From assembly GCA_038245295.1 (NCBI GenBank), contig JBBRSP010000001.1, positions 59,486 to 123,485 of the forward strand: DNA of 64,000 bases, written 5' to 3'. The notes below the pieces were generated by a model that saw nothing but the letters and a program-made list of their open reading frames with translations, made no database searches and was not told where the DNA came from. This document shows positions 9,088 to 19,800 of this stretch, one piece after another (the first letter of the stretch is position 1; every line of letters starts with the position of its first letter). This DNA is from Candidatus Binatia bacterium. GTDB lineage: Bacteria; Desulfobacterota; Binatia; HRBIN30. The position numbers were made by a program, and so were the translations under genes.

Positions 9088-10143
9088 TTATGTACGCGTC
9101 GCTTCAACGATGCTGAGGGGCGATGTTGTTGGCAGGACTCGCTTCAGCGTCAGCCCCGCCTTGGCCATCACCTTCTGAAATTCCAGCTTGGTGCGCTCCT
9201 GGCCGCCGGGAACAACCATCATGTTGATGTCGAGCAGTTTACCCCAGTCGGCTCCATTGCCCGGTGGAATGACGTGCTCGACAACCAATACGCGGCCGTC
9301 GCGTTTCATCCCTTCACGGCAATTGCGCAAGATGCGAATTGCCTTCTCATCGTCCCAATCATGGATGATGTACTTCAGGACGTACAGGTCGGCCCCAGCC
9401 GGCACTTCGCGGAAGAAGTCGCCACCCACGGTGGCGCAGCGACCGCGAATCACCGGGTTGGTAATGAAGCCGCTGTGGGTTGCCGCCGACACAACGGCCG
9501 GCTGATCATACAGCACGCCACGTAGGTTGCGATGTTGCGTCAGGATCTCGGAAACCAGGTGTCCGTGGGCGCCGCCAACGTCGACCATCGTCGAGAACTT
9601 GCTGAACGGATACGCCTGCGCGACGGCGGCATTCTCGGGGCCCGAAATGCTGGCCATCGAAGCCGAGAACTCGCGTTCCTTCTCGGGGTGCTGCTGCAGG
9701 TAGGCGAAGGCAGGCATCTTGTGGACATGATCGAAGGGTAACTCGCCGGTACGGATCCCGTGTTCCAAGGCGCCCCAGGCGGCCCAGTTGTAGTTGTCGA
9801 CGACCATCAGGGCGAAGGGCCGCAAGGAGCCCGGTTCATTGCGCTTCAACGTCTCGGCCAGCGGCGTCATGCGAAATTTGCCGTCGGGCGTCTCGGCGAA
9901 AATATCGACACTGGCGAGGGCTCGTAGCAGGCGTCGCACATACGGCGGATGCGCCCCCACCTTCTTGGCGATCGCCGCCGGCGCCATGGCGCCGCGGCCG
10001 AGCGCGTCGGCGATTCCCAAACGTGCGGCGACAAAGATCAGCTGCGAAACCCAATAGCCGGTGAGGAGGCCAAGCATCTGCTCGTTGGCAGATGGACGGC
10101 GGCGAGCGGTGGGCATGCGGTTTCTTCCTTCCTGGATCTGCAA
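9088..10143 (-). CDS. Class I SAM-dependent O-methyltransferase (COMT/plant-type OMT fold with N-terminal dimerisation domain).
   Basis: VDVGGAHGHL SAM-binding motif plus an OMT-family C-terminal region. It lies 21 nt downstream of znuB on the same strand. Confidence 0.75.
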   Translation of the reverse strand: MQIQEGRNRMPTARRRPSANEQMLGLLTGYWVSQLIFVAARLGIADALGRGAMAPAAIAKKVGAHPPYVRRLLRALASVDIFAETPDGKFRMTPLAETLKRNEPGSLRPFALMVVDNYNWAAWGALEHGIRTGELPFDHVHKMPAFAYLQQHPEKEREFSASMASISGPENAAVAQAYPFSKFSTMVDVGGAHGHLVSEILTQHRNLRGVLYDQPAVVSAATHSGFITNPVIRGRCATVGGDFFREVPAGADLYVLKYIIHDWDDEKAIRILRNCREGMKRDGRVLVVEHVIPPGNGADWGKLLDINMMVVPGGQERTKLEFQKVMAKAGLTLKRVLPTTSPLSIVEATRT

Positions 10144-10164
10144 AAAACACCAGACGGGGCAAAA

Positions 10165-11022
10165 TCAGTTGCGACGAATCGCCTTACTGAGCCACGCCAT
10201 CGCAAGGCCGAGGCCAAGCAGTGTTGCCACAACTTGACCCGGCGGGAAATCTTCATAGTTCGCGAGGATGAAGCCGAGAGTCGACCCACCCAGCGCCACC
10301 AACGGGGCCACCCAGAACATGTGGCGCACTTCACGGCACAAATTCTTGGCAATCAACGCCGGCAACACCAAGCAGCCGAAGGTGAATAGCATGCCGGAAA
10401 CATGCATGGACAGACCCACGGACAGCCCTAGCCAGATGGCAATCCCGCGCTGCCACCGGCTCACCGGCACCCCCACCGCGCCTGCCATCTCAAGGTCCAT
10501 CAACAAAAGAACAATCGTCGGCAGAAAGCCTGCGAGCAACACCAGGGTCACGACGTTGAGCAGCAGGAACGCCGCAACGTCGGTGTTGGTGGCGCCGATG
10601 ATCGTGCTCGACAGCAGCCGATGAACCTCCTCGAGACCGTGCGGGCTCTGGGACAGCAGCAGAATCGCCGCGCTGGCGGAGACCACGTAAACCCAGCCGG
10701 TGACCGCTTCGTGGGTTTCGGACGTGGCGTGGGTGCCGCTGCGCGAGGTGATCAGGGCGCCGAGGATGGCGAACAGTCCGCCGCACGACGCCAACAGCGC
10801 ATCGCTGCCGCACCATTCGCAGGCCATCGATTCGCCCCAACTCGCCAACCACATGCCCACGGCGATGCCGAGCATTGAAGCATGCGATACGGCGGCGCCG
10901 ATGAAGATCTGGTCGCGCGCCACCACGGCGACGCCAACCAGGGACAGCAGCAGGGCGATGAGCCAGCCGGCGATGTAGGTGTCGTGGAACAGGGGCCACG
11001 AGCTCAGGAAGGCGCTGATCAA
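10165..11022 (-). CDS. znuB: Metal ABC transporter permease (ZnuB/MntB, ABC-3 family).
   Basis: Aligns with E. coli ZnuB from its N-terminus (…VSHASMLGIAVG…). TTG start overlapping the znuC stop. Confidence 0.8.
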   Translation of the reverse strand: MISAFLSSWPLFHDTYIAGWLIALLLSLVGVAVVARDQIFIGAAVSHASMLGIAVGMWLASWGESMACEWCGSDALLASCGGLFAILGALITSRSGTHATSETHEAVTGWVYVVSASAAILLLSQSPHGLEEVHRLLSSTIIGATNTDVAAFLLLNVVTLVLLAGFLPTIVLLLMDLEMAGAVGVPVSRWQRGIAIWLGLSVGLSMHVSGMLFTFGCLVLPALIAKNLCREVRHMFWVAPLVALGGSTLGFILANYEDFPPGQVVATLLGLGLAMAWLSKAIRRN

Positions 11023-11771
11023 TCGTGCCCCCCAACGGAGTGGATGTGGTCGATGTCCTGACCGTACACAGCCCGCAGATTTTCCGCGGTGAGTGTACTT
11101 GCGGTCGGGCCGGCGACAACCTTGCCGCGGTGAAACAGCGCCACGTGCGTGGCGTATTGTCGTGCCATACCGAGATCGTGGGTCACCATGATCATGGCAA
11201 TGCGGCGCTCCTGGCGCAGCTGCGCCAGCCCTTTGAGGAGTCGCGACTCGGACGACGGATCGAGCCCGGTTGTCGGTTCGTCGAGGATCAAAATATGTGG
11301 ATCACGGATCAATGCTCGAGCAATCAACGCACGCTGGCGCTGCCCGCCCGAGAGAGCCCAGTAACTGCGGTCCTCCAGCCCGGCGAGATCGACCCACGCC
11401 AAGGCCGCCGCCAGGCGATCCTCACTCGAACCGGTTGAGATGCCGACCAGGCCGAGACCGACGAATTCGCGGATGGTCGTCGGCAAGGTGCGATTCAGCT
11501 CACAACGCTGCGGCACAAAGCCGATTCGCTCCAGGCTTGCTTCGGTCGGGTGGCGCCATAACGTACCGCCGCGAATCGGCAGCAGTCCCAGAACGGTGCG
11601 CAGGAATGTCGTCTTGCCGGCGCCGTTCGACCCCAGGAGACACCAGAACTCGGCGCGACGAACCTCGAACGAGCAATCGGCGACGACGAGGTCGCGGCCG
11701 TAACCCAGTTGCAGGTGCGAGGCGCTCAGCAGCAACTCGGGATCGCTTCGCAGCGGGAGATCTTCGGGCAC
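11019..11771 (-). CDS. znuC: Metal ABC transporter ATP-binding protein (ZnuC-like).
   Basis: Walker A GSNGAGKTT, ABC signature LSGGQRQR and Walker B ILILDEP. Confidence 0.85.
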   Translation of the reverse strand: MPEDLPLRSDPELLLSASHLQLGYGRDLVVADCSFEVRRAEFWCLLGSNGAGKTTFLRTVLGLLPIRGGTLWRHPTEASLERIGFVPQRCELNRTLPTTIREFVGLGLVGISTGSSEDRLAAALAWVDLAGLEDRSYWALSGGQRQRALIARALIRDPHILILDEPTTGLDPSSESRLLKGLAQLRQERRIAMIMVTHDLGMARQYATHVALFHRGKVVAGPTASTLTAENLRAVYGQDIDHIHSVGGHD

Positions 11772-11901
11772 GCTGACAGCAGTAGCAGCCAGCCTTTAGG
11801 CAGAGCAACAAATGATCGGCCGCCTTGCGCGCGTAGCGACCACGACCAACCGAGGGTTGATCGGCGGTGGTGAGGCATTGTTCAGCACGCCCTAAAGGAA
11901 T

Positions 11902-12933
11902 TCAGCCGCGCAACAGCACATCGGCAGTCCAGCGCATGGCGCGGACCAGTCGCTCGAAGAGCGGCACGCGGTGCACCCAATGGCGCAGGAAGCGCAAAAT
12001 GCGGCGCTCGACGCGGAAGCGATCCCAGGGCTGGTTCTTGGCTACGGTAGTGCCGCCGCGTTGCGATGCTTCTTCTATTGGTCTGTACAGTGTGGCGCGC
12101 GGGAAGCCCCACGTCCCCAGATCGTCATCGTCCAGCTCGTCGAGAATGGCGCGAAGTCGAATCAAATTGTGCGGCGCGCTCACCAACTCGTCCGCCCACC
12201 GGTGCAGCGAATCGGTGACCGGCCGCGTCTGACGATTGACGGTGACAGGGTCGCCGAGTCCCTTGGTCTCGTGTTTCTGGGCGCCGTACTCGACGGTTCC
12301 GGCCTCGAACGCCAGGCCCAGGAAGTCGAAGACGCGGCGCATCTCCGTCTCGGGCTGCTGTACGAGCTCTTCGTACTGGACGCGGCAGATCGGCACCGCC
12401 TGTTGGCGTAGGAATTGCGCCATGGCCGGCACATAGCGACCCAGTATGGGGTTGAATCGTTCCGCTGCCTCGAAGTCTCCGTCGAAGAATGAGTTGGCGT
12501 ACGAGCAGAAAATCGCGCCCGGATGTCGCGTCAGCACGATGTAGCGTGCCTGCGGGTAAAGCTGGCTCAGGAAGGGGAGGATCAACGCGTTGGCCGGCGT
12601 CTTGTCGAGGAAGAAGCATTTGCCGCCGCCGCGCACGTCGAGCATTCGCCCATAGAGGGTATCGGCATAGGCCCGACATGCATCGAGGTAATCGGCTTTG
12701 CCACGCGGCAGATCAGCGACGAACTCGCGTACCGCCTGGGCCGCCTGCAAGTGATCAAATGGCGCCGCATCGACATTGTCGAAGTAACCGAGATGCGCCA
12801 ACGGCCCCAGGAGATGTGGTTCGGGACGACTGTAGATCTGCGAGTGTGAACCCAGCATTCGCATCAGCAACGTTGACCCGGAGCGCGGCGGACCGATCAC
12901 GAAGATCAACTGCGCCTGCCGCAACTCACTCAT
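11902..12933 (-). CDS. Sulfotransferase family protein (PAPS-dependent).
   Basis: 5'-PSB motif IGPPRSGSTLL and a 3'-PB-like motif RYIVLTRHPGAIFCS. The ATG at 12933 forms an ATGA overlap with the yajD stop. Confidence 0.75.
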   Translation of the reverse strand: MSELRQAQLIFVIGPPRSGSTLLMRMLGSHSQIYSRPEPHLLGPLAHLGYFDNVDAAPFDHLQAAQAVREFVADLPRGKADYLDACRAYADTLYGRMLDVRGGGKCFFLDKTPANALILPFLSQLYPQARYIVLTRHPGAIFCSYANSFFDGDFEAAERFNPILGRYVPAMAQFLRQQAVPICRVQYEELVQQPETEMRRVFDFLGLAFEAGTVEYGAQKHETKGLGDPVTVNRQTRPVTDSLHRWADELVSAPHNLIRLRAILDELDDDDLGTWGFPRATLYRPIEEASQRGGTTVAKNQPWDRFRVERRILRFLRHWVHRVPLFERLVRAMRWTADVLLRG

Positions 12934-13262
12934 TTCTTGCGCCTCGCCTCATCGATGTAGTCGGCGAGCAGGTTCTTCGAATGCTCAGCCTCGTGGCAGT
13001 AGACGCAAAGGTTCTCCCAGTTGCTGCCGTCGGGCGGGTTATAGTTGTGGTTGCCGTCGCGGTGATGCACGGTCAGCAGATGCAGCGTGTTGGCTTCGAA
13101 TTCCCGGGCGCAGCGGGCGCAGATCCAGCCGTAGAGAGCCAGAGAGCGCTCGCGGTAACCGGCGGCGCGCTGTTGCGCCGCGTCGCGCGCTGCGCGGACG
13201 ATGTCGGCACTGCTCCGGGGGGAGGTCGGCTGGCGGCGTTGTGCGGGACGAAAGCTACGCAT
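12930..13262 (-). CDS. yajD: YajD-like small HNH-nuclease-fold protein.
   Basis: Aligns along its length with E. coli YajD (…GYREKALKIYPWVCGRCSREF…LTVHH.D…NPEDGSNWE.LC.YCH..EH). Confidence 0.75.
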   Translation of the reverse strand: MRSFRPAQRRQPTSPRSSADIVRAARDAAQQRAAGYRERSLALYGWICARCAREFEANTLHLLTVHHRDGNHNYNPPDGSNWENLCVYCHEAEHSKNLLADYIDEARRKK

Positions 13263-13305
13263 GATCTGCCGCTATCTGACGCCTCATCCCGCCTCGCTTC
13301 AAGCC

Positions 13306-15741
13306 CTACGAGGCCGCGGGCAACTTGAGCACGGTGGGCTTGTCGAAGCGCAGGAATGACCAGTCGGAAGTACCGGCAGGACGGATGAACAATCGTGCGC
13401 CGACGTCGGCGGCAGCGAGAAAACGCGCCTTGGCGGTGATCGTGTGGGCTCCTGCGGTAAGAGTAATGGCCCCGTCATACGCGTGCCCGTCGAGAGTCCA
13501 CGCAAATTCTGCCTGACGTGACTCGGCAAAAAACTCGTAAGAGCCGGTCTCGTTCAGAGTGAACGTCCCATCCCATTCGACTCGGCAGTTATAGGCGCCG
13601 ACACTGCCGATCCACATGCATTTGTCCGGTACGAATGCCCAACTCATCGCCGGCTCGAGGCGGGACAGGAAGGGGACCGGTTCATTGTTGCGGAAGTAGA
13701 GCGCCTTCAGGCCGCTGGTGGGCGCTTGCGCCGGAGGCAGAGAGTGAACGACGCAAGCGGCGTAGTCGAGATGCGGCAGGCCTTCCGGGTGACGCACCAT
13801 CCGACATTGGGCGCCCGGAATCTTCTCTTGCAGCAGACTTTCGAGCTGTTCGATCTCAAACGGCTTCTGGATCAGCACATGCAGCTCGTGACCATCCGCC
13901 CGCTTGTCTGCTCCCGCGAGGAGTGGCACGACGTCCGTGGTGACAACGCCGGCGTTCCGCGTCGTGCGCCACCACGCGAAGTCATTCGGCAGCATTAGAT
14001 TGCTGATGTCGCTCACTGCCAGCATGTACGAATTGTCGGGCATCGCGTTGTAGTAGGCGATTCCCGACGTGTACGCGTTGCGGAAGACGTCTCGCACGGC
14101 GCGGCTGGTGATGGTGCGGTTGAAGAACGCATCGTAGTTGGACGCGAACGCCGCGCCGCCGACGACCAAGGCTAGCAGCGGCAGCACCCAGACGGCAACC
14201 TTGCCGAAGATCGAACGCGCCACCGCGTCAAAGCGATCGGTCGCAAACGCGATGAGGACGAAAAGCAACGGGACAATTACTTGCAGTCGACAGACCACCA
14301 GCGTCTGCGTCAGCGTCGAACCAGCGATGAGCAACAGCAGGAAGGTGAAGGCGAAGTAACCCTGCAGACGGTGGCGCCACCAGAGGACACAGTAGAAGAT
14401 CGCGATCGTGAACAGCACCCCGGTGATGGGGTCCAACATCGGCTCCAGGGGCAGGTTGTACGACTGGATGGAGTCGCCAACGTGGTTGAAGATTTTGGCC
14501 GTCTCGATCTGCCGCTCCCAGCGCAAGCGCAGCCACGAGCTCCACTCCGAGGTGTAGTAGCCCTTGTTCAGGTACGAACGCTGGTAGGCCTCCATGAAGT
14601 AGGCAGGATTGCTGCGCAGCCGATCGACAAGGATCACTAGCGGCCCGCTGAGTGCGGCGGCAGCGATGGTCATACCCATCGCTTGGATGACGACGTGCCG
14701 TCGCGCGACGACGCGTTCCTCATCCGCCGTGGCATTCCACCAGCGCCGCACGGCAACCAGGAAGCGACTGGCCAGGAAGATTCCGACGACCAAGCCAGTG
14801 GCGCGATAACCGGCGTAGGCATAGAGCGTGTAGCCGGTCCAGAAACCGATCAGCGGATAGAGCGCCAGACCGCCACGTTTGCTCTGGCGGACGCACAGCG
14901 CCCACAGGATGACGACGATCAGTGTTGTCGGGAAAACGGCATGAGCATTCCGCGCGTAGTTCAGATGCCAGCGTGCCATGGCGAGCAGCAGCGTGCCGAA
15001 CGCGGCAGCCGGCCAGGAGACGACCTGTCGGGCAATGAAATAGGTTGCCAGCACGGTCAGGCCGCTGACGATCATGAACGGTATGCGCAATGCTTCGGTG
15101 GTGGGCCCCATCCACTTGAAGAACGGCACCGGCATCCAACGATCCAACATGAATTCCCAGGGACGTGCATTGTTCATCACGATATCCCAGGCACCCATCC
15201 CGGATTGCGGCTCTTCGATCGCGAAAAACCCATCCGCCGGCGGGAAGTAGTCGAAACGGTAGAAACGCAGGAAGAACCCAAAGGCGACGATGGCGCAAAC
15301 AGCCAAGACTTCGGTGCGGCTGATCTGTGGCCGCTGGTGGGGCAGACGCCAAGGGCGATCGAGAAGCGCCAAGCCCCAGCTGCAGCTGAAGATGGATCCC
15401 GCGGCCAGCGGCGCCGCCCAGAGGAACTCAAGGTTCCAGCTGCGGAAAAGCCAGTAACAGGCGTAGACGTAGGCCGCGGCGCTCACGCAAGCGAGCAACA
15501 GACCGAAGATCCGCCGCGCGCCCCATTTTTCGGGGGCCGGGTAGATCAATGCCGGCGAAGCTGTCGGCTCCGGTGGCCCCAGAAGAATGGCGACGAGCAG
15601 GGAGCCGAGGACCAGGGCGGTCGTCGAGACCGGCCAATTGATCTGCTGGGCGACGTACCATTGGCCGACGCCAGCGGTTGCCAACCCGGCAAAAATACCA
15701 GCGACGCGCCATGGAGCAATCTTGGATGCTGCTTCTGTCAT
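13306..15741 (-). CDS. GT-C fold membrane glycosyltransferase (ArnT/PMT-like, polyprenyl-phosphate-sugar dependent) with a C-terminal PA14-like periplasmic domain.
   Basis: 811 aa, with ~12 predicted TM segments and loop acidic residues (FAIEEP). The soluble C-terminus (…EFAWTLDGHAYDGAITLTAGAHTITAKARF…) is PA14-like. The ATG at 15741 forms an ATGA overlap with the upstream methyltransferase. Confidence 0.55.
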   Translation of the reverse strand: MTEAASKIAPWRVAGIFAGLATAGVGQWYVAQQINWPVSTTALVLGSLLVAILLGPPEPTASPALIYPAPEKWGARRIFGLLLACVSAAAYVYACYWLFRSWNLEFLWAAPLAAGSIFSCSWGLALLDRPWRLPHQRPQISRTEVLAVCAIVAFGFFLRFYRFDYFPPADGFFAIEEPQSGMGAWDIVMNNARPWEFMLDRWMPVPFFKWMGPTTEALRIPFMIVSGLTVLATYFIARQVVSWPAAAFGTLLLAMARWHLNYARNAHAVFPTTLIVVILWALCVRQSKRGGLALYPLIGFWTGYTLYAYAGYRATGLVVGIFLASRFLVAVRRWWNATADEERVVARRHVVIQAMGMTIAAAALSGPLVILVDRLRSNPAYFMEAYQRSYLNKGYYTSEWSSWLRLRWERQIETAKIFNHVGDSIQSYNLPLEPMLDPITGVLFTIAIFYCVLWWRHRLQGYFAFTFLLLLIAGSTLTQTLVVCRLQVIVPLLFVLIAFATDRFDAVARSIFGKVAVWVLPLLALVVGGAAFASNYDAFFNRTITSRAVRDVFRNAYTSGIAYYNAMPDNSYMLAVSDISNLMLPNDFAWWRTTRNAGVVTTDVVPLLAGADKRADGHELHVLIQKPFEIEQLESLLQEKIPGAQCRMVRHPEGLPHLDYAACVVHSLPPAQAPTSGLKALYFRNNEPVPFLSRLEPAMSWAFVPDKCMWIGSVGAYNCRVEWDGTFTLNETGSYEFFAESRQAEFAWTLDGHAYDGAITLTAGAHTITAKARFLAAADVGARLFIRPAGTSDWSFLRFDKPTVLKLPAAS

Positions 15742-16730
15742 GGGCGGTTAGGTCGCAAGATCACCAGGCCATTGTCGCTCGGTAGAAGCGGGGCCACCAC
15801 GGCGAAGGCCGCGAGGGCCAATCCGGTGACGGTCTGCTTGAGGCGGCCGGCGACGGTCCGTTCGCCATCCATGCGAGCCCGGTGCAGGCTGCCGCGCCAG
15901 GATAATGCCCGTTGCGGTTTCATTAAAACGACCTCGAATCCAGCGGCTCGCGCCAGGGCGGTCAGACTGTGGGGCGAATAGTAATAGAGGTGCGGAAACG
16001 GGTAGTGCACCTGAAACATGCGCTCGAGAGGCCCGTGTGCGCCGAGTCGGTTTAGCGCCCGCGCCAGCTTGAAGACGAAACCGTTTGCCATGGGCAGCGC
16101 CATGACGACGACACCGCGTTCGGTCAAATGTTGCCGCACGCTGCGCAGGATACCGATTGGATTGGCGAGATGCTCAAACACATCGTTGAACGAGATGATC
16201 TCGAAGCTCGGCCAATCGGCTGGCAAATCTTGGGGGAAGAACCCCGGGGTTACACGCACCCCGACTTGCGACGCGCGGGCTGCAATCTGGTCGTAGAAAA
16301 ACGCGTCGGGCTCTATGCCGTAACTCTCGTACATGGCCTCCGCGGCCATGGTAATGAACCAGCCGTTCGAGCAACCTACGTCGAGCAGTCGTCGTGGTGT
16401 TTCAGGAAACAGCTCGTTGAGACGCTGCAACGCCTGCAGGTAATTGTCCCGTCTCAACGTCGCTAGAGCTCCGTCGAACTGACTGCGATCAAGGATCAAA
16501 TCGGCGACGTTTCGCGGTGCCCCGTGCAAGGCGAACAGTCCACAGGTGGGGCACTCGACAGCCTCGTAGCCTGCCAGATTGCCGAGCGAACTCGGGGAGC
16601 CTGGAGCGCCGCATGGACAGGGCAGTGTTTGGCTAGTTTGTGATGTCACAGATGACTCGGGCGGGTTGCTGACGGCAGCCACTGGCAATCGCGTTTCGAC
16701 CCATTTCTGCAAGCCGCCAGCGTCTAACAT
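15738..16730 (-). CDS. Class I SAM-dependent methyltransferase with an N-terminal Cys4 zinc-ribbon.
   Basis: CPCG…CPTCG ribbon followed by LLDVGCSNGWF (motif I) and the rest of the MTase fold. The RBS GGGAGG precedes the ATG at 16730. Confidence 0.65.
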   Translation of the reverse strand: MLDAGGLQKWVETRLPVAAVSNPPESSVTSQTSQTLPCPCGAPGSPSSLGNLAGYEAVECPTCGLFALHGAPRNVADLILDRSQFDGALATLRRDNYLQALQRLNELFPETPRRLLDVGCSNGWFITMAAEAMYESYGIEPDAFFYDQIAARASQVGVRVTPGFFPQDLPADWPSFEIISFNDVFEHLANPIGILRSVRQHLTERGVVVMALPMANGFVFKLARALNRLGAHGPLERMFQVHYPFPHLYYYSPHSLTALARAAGFEVVLMKPQRALSWRGSLHRARMDGERTVAGRLKQTVTGLALAAFAVVAPLLPSDNGLVILRPNRP

Positions 16731-16816
16731 GGGCCTCCCGTAGCGGCAAGTTGTGCGGATCGTTCACCTTTCAGCACGAGCGAACTCGCCTGGGCCAATT
16801 CCGGCGGCCACCCCGA

Positions 16817-19800
16817 TCATGGTGTGACGGCGTTGAACCATGTGCCGGTGTTCCTCCGCGCCGACGCCGTGTAGCTCGCTTCCCAGCAGGGTGGTCCATC
16901 GCTCTTCTGCAATTGAACGATGACCGCCGGTGCTTGATTTAGGAATTGTGTTGGGCTGAGCGGCACCGGCAGCGGTAACGCCAGCCCCTTGCCGACCATG
17001 ATGATCGATGCCTTGCCCGCGACACCGCTGTACAGTCGCGTCCGCAGGATCCCATCGGCTGCCTTGAGGCGATCGAGATAGCGGAATCCCGTCAATCTGG
17101 ATGTCGCCCCGCATGCCTTTGTGCCGCAGATCCGCGCCGCCGGGACGAAGAATTGCCCGACCAACAATGGCGCCGGCGCATCATCATAGATGCATAACGT
17201 GTATCCGGTCGATTCAAGCGGATTGCCGAATTCAGCGGTGTCCGTCGTGGCCCCACGGGTCCATTTCCATGTCATGGAGTTGCGGGTCGGGAGCGTGGCG
17301 TACTTGAGAGAAAAAGACGACTTGAGTGAAACCCGACATCCGACGATCGGTTCAGGTGGACATCGGAATGGAGTGCCGGTTGGGCTTGGGGTTTGGGTAG
17401 GCAATGGTGGTTCTATCTCCGTGACCGTGCCCGATGGACTCGCTGTGTGGGTGGGGCTGGGTGTTGCGGTATGGGTGCGTGTCGCTGTCGTGGTTGCGGT
17501 AACGGTCGGCGTCCGCGTTGCCGCTCCTGTAGAGGTTGGCGTCGCCGAAATTGTGAAGGTGGGTGTCGGTGTTGCCGGGGCTGCCTGCCCGCTGCCGGCG
17601 GAAAAGTGGGCGATAATTCGTTCGGCCGACAAAGCTTGTCCGTAGAAGGCGATCTCGTCTAGCTGGCCGAAACCATTGCTCCAGCCACCGCCAGCAGCGT
17701 AACCCATCTGCCAATGATCGCCCGCGGCCAGCGTGGTCACAGGCAATGGGGTGCCCTCCTCGACACCATTTACAAACAAGCGCACGAACCCGCCGTTGGC
17801 GGCTGTACCGACGAGATGGTAGGTCTGGCCGGGTGTAACCGTCCTCGAGCTGGTCACGATGAGTTCGGCTGTGGAGGTCAGGAATACGCGATGCTGGAAG
17901 CGCGCTTCGCTTCCGAACCGCTGGACCGTCAACTCCTGGACGTAGTTTCCGCCAGCATTCACACGCAACACGACAACTCGCGGAGCCATCGTTCCCGAGT
18001 CTGTTCCGCTCGGCTTGAACCACGCTTCTATCGTATAGGCAGCGGTGTCTGCCGTCTGGGGTGCGATGACGGCACCATTCGCTCCATCGACCGAGATCGA
18101 TTTGTCGCTCGTCGAGGTCAACAGGGATGGGAGACCCTTCCCGACGCCGGACCCGGAGTAGGCGGCGTGGAATCCACCGCCGCTCGAATCGAAGGCTATG
18201 GCACCCGACAGTTCCCCCAGATGGTAATAGCCTGTCGGGGAATCCGAGAGGACGGTTGCTGCGTAGTTCGGCCCCGCATAGGGTGTCGGCGTTGCAGTTG
18301 GTGTGTGGGTGCCGTCACGCGTCGGCGTCGGTTGCGGGTTCGGGAAGGTCAACTTCTCAAAGGGTGTCTTGTAGATCAGCAGGCGCGACCAGTCTGTATC
18401 GTAGAGGTAGAGGTTTCCTTCGCTATCGAAGAACGGGCTCCCCGACGCGAAGCCGGTGAAGTCGCCAAGCGCCAGTTGTGGCAGGGTGCTCGCCAGAGGC
18501 GCCGTGAAGAGCAACGGGTACCTGGTGGCGGCATACGGGTTATTCGGCAGAATCATGTATCCTTGGGGCGAGAAGGCCGGTTTGAGCGGGCTGATCAACG
18601 GATCTTGACTCGCGGCGGTTCCTTGCGTCGTGAAGCTTCCGCCTGTGCCGTAGACTCGGGTCGCATTGGGCGCGACCAGAGCCAATGTCCCCGTCGATGC
18701 CGGAAATGCACTCGCGTCGAACTCCAATAGCCGATGAGTCGATCCACCCTCACCACCATTGTCGGAGACGAAGAGATTGCCGCTCGCGTCGAGCGAGACA
18801 TAGTAAGGTACGCAAAGGGTATTCGCCGTGGGCGCAGAATCGTGACCGTTGCAACCGGAGGACGTTGGCGACGGTTGGCCAAGAATGACGTCGACGTAAG
18901 CGCCCGTCGATACGTTGCGCAGACCCTTGAGATTGACGACACGATAAACGCGGCTGTTTGTCGAGTCGGCAATCCAGACCTCGTCACCGTTTGGAGTCGC
19001 GGCGAAGTCGATAAAGTCAGCCCCTGCCGTGGTCATGAGTGTGCCCGGGAACCCGAGCACTGGATAGCCGGTGAAACCGGCGGCGGCATTCAAACCGATC
19101 GTGCGCGCCGGCTTGCACCCGCCACCCATACAATTGCCGAGCTGGCTGCTGAACACGAGAATCTCGTCCTTGGGGTTTTGCGTGTGCATGACCCACAGTT
19201 CGGTCCCGACGATTTGTGGAAACGCGAAGTAGTTCTGGAACGTTGCCGTGTACAAGTCGGTCTCGCCGAGGACGTCATCCGCTGCCATGTGCGTGGTCGC
19301 AAACGCCAGATCGAAGCCGTTCCAAATTAGAAGCCGATGCCCATCGGCGACGACTAGTTGATCGCCGTACAGGGCACCGCCAAATCCAAAACGAAGATCG
19401 TCGGGGCCGATGCCGGCTCGAGTCTTCGGGAAGACCTGCTGTGCACTCTGTAGCTGTGAACTGGGGCTCTGGCCGAACAGAGAGCGGCGGAACCGCAGCA
19501 GCTGGCCGGTATTCCCAGCCCATTTGTCCAAAGCCAGGAGGTCACCGCTCGGATCCGTCCCACTGCCGTATAGGACAGGCACCTGGGTGGTCGAGAGCTT
19601 GGTCAGAGAAGGGCTATCGAGATCGAAACGATCCAAATAGAAGCAGTCATTGCCAACCCACAATGCATGACTCACGGAATCGATGAACAGCTCTTGGGAA
19701 CGCGTGTAGTGTCCGCCGATGTCGCATGTGAGGTTGATCGGCAAAGCTCGGGCTGCGCTCATACCGGTTGTGAATCCGGGCCTGAACTCCAGTACGCGCG

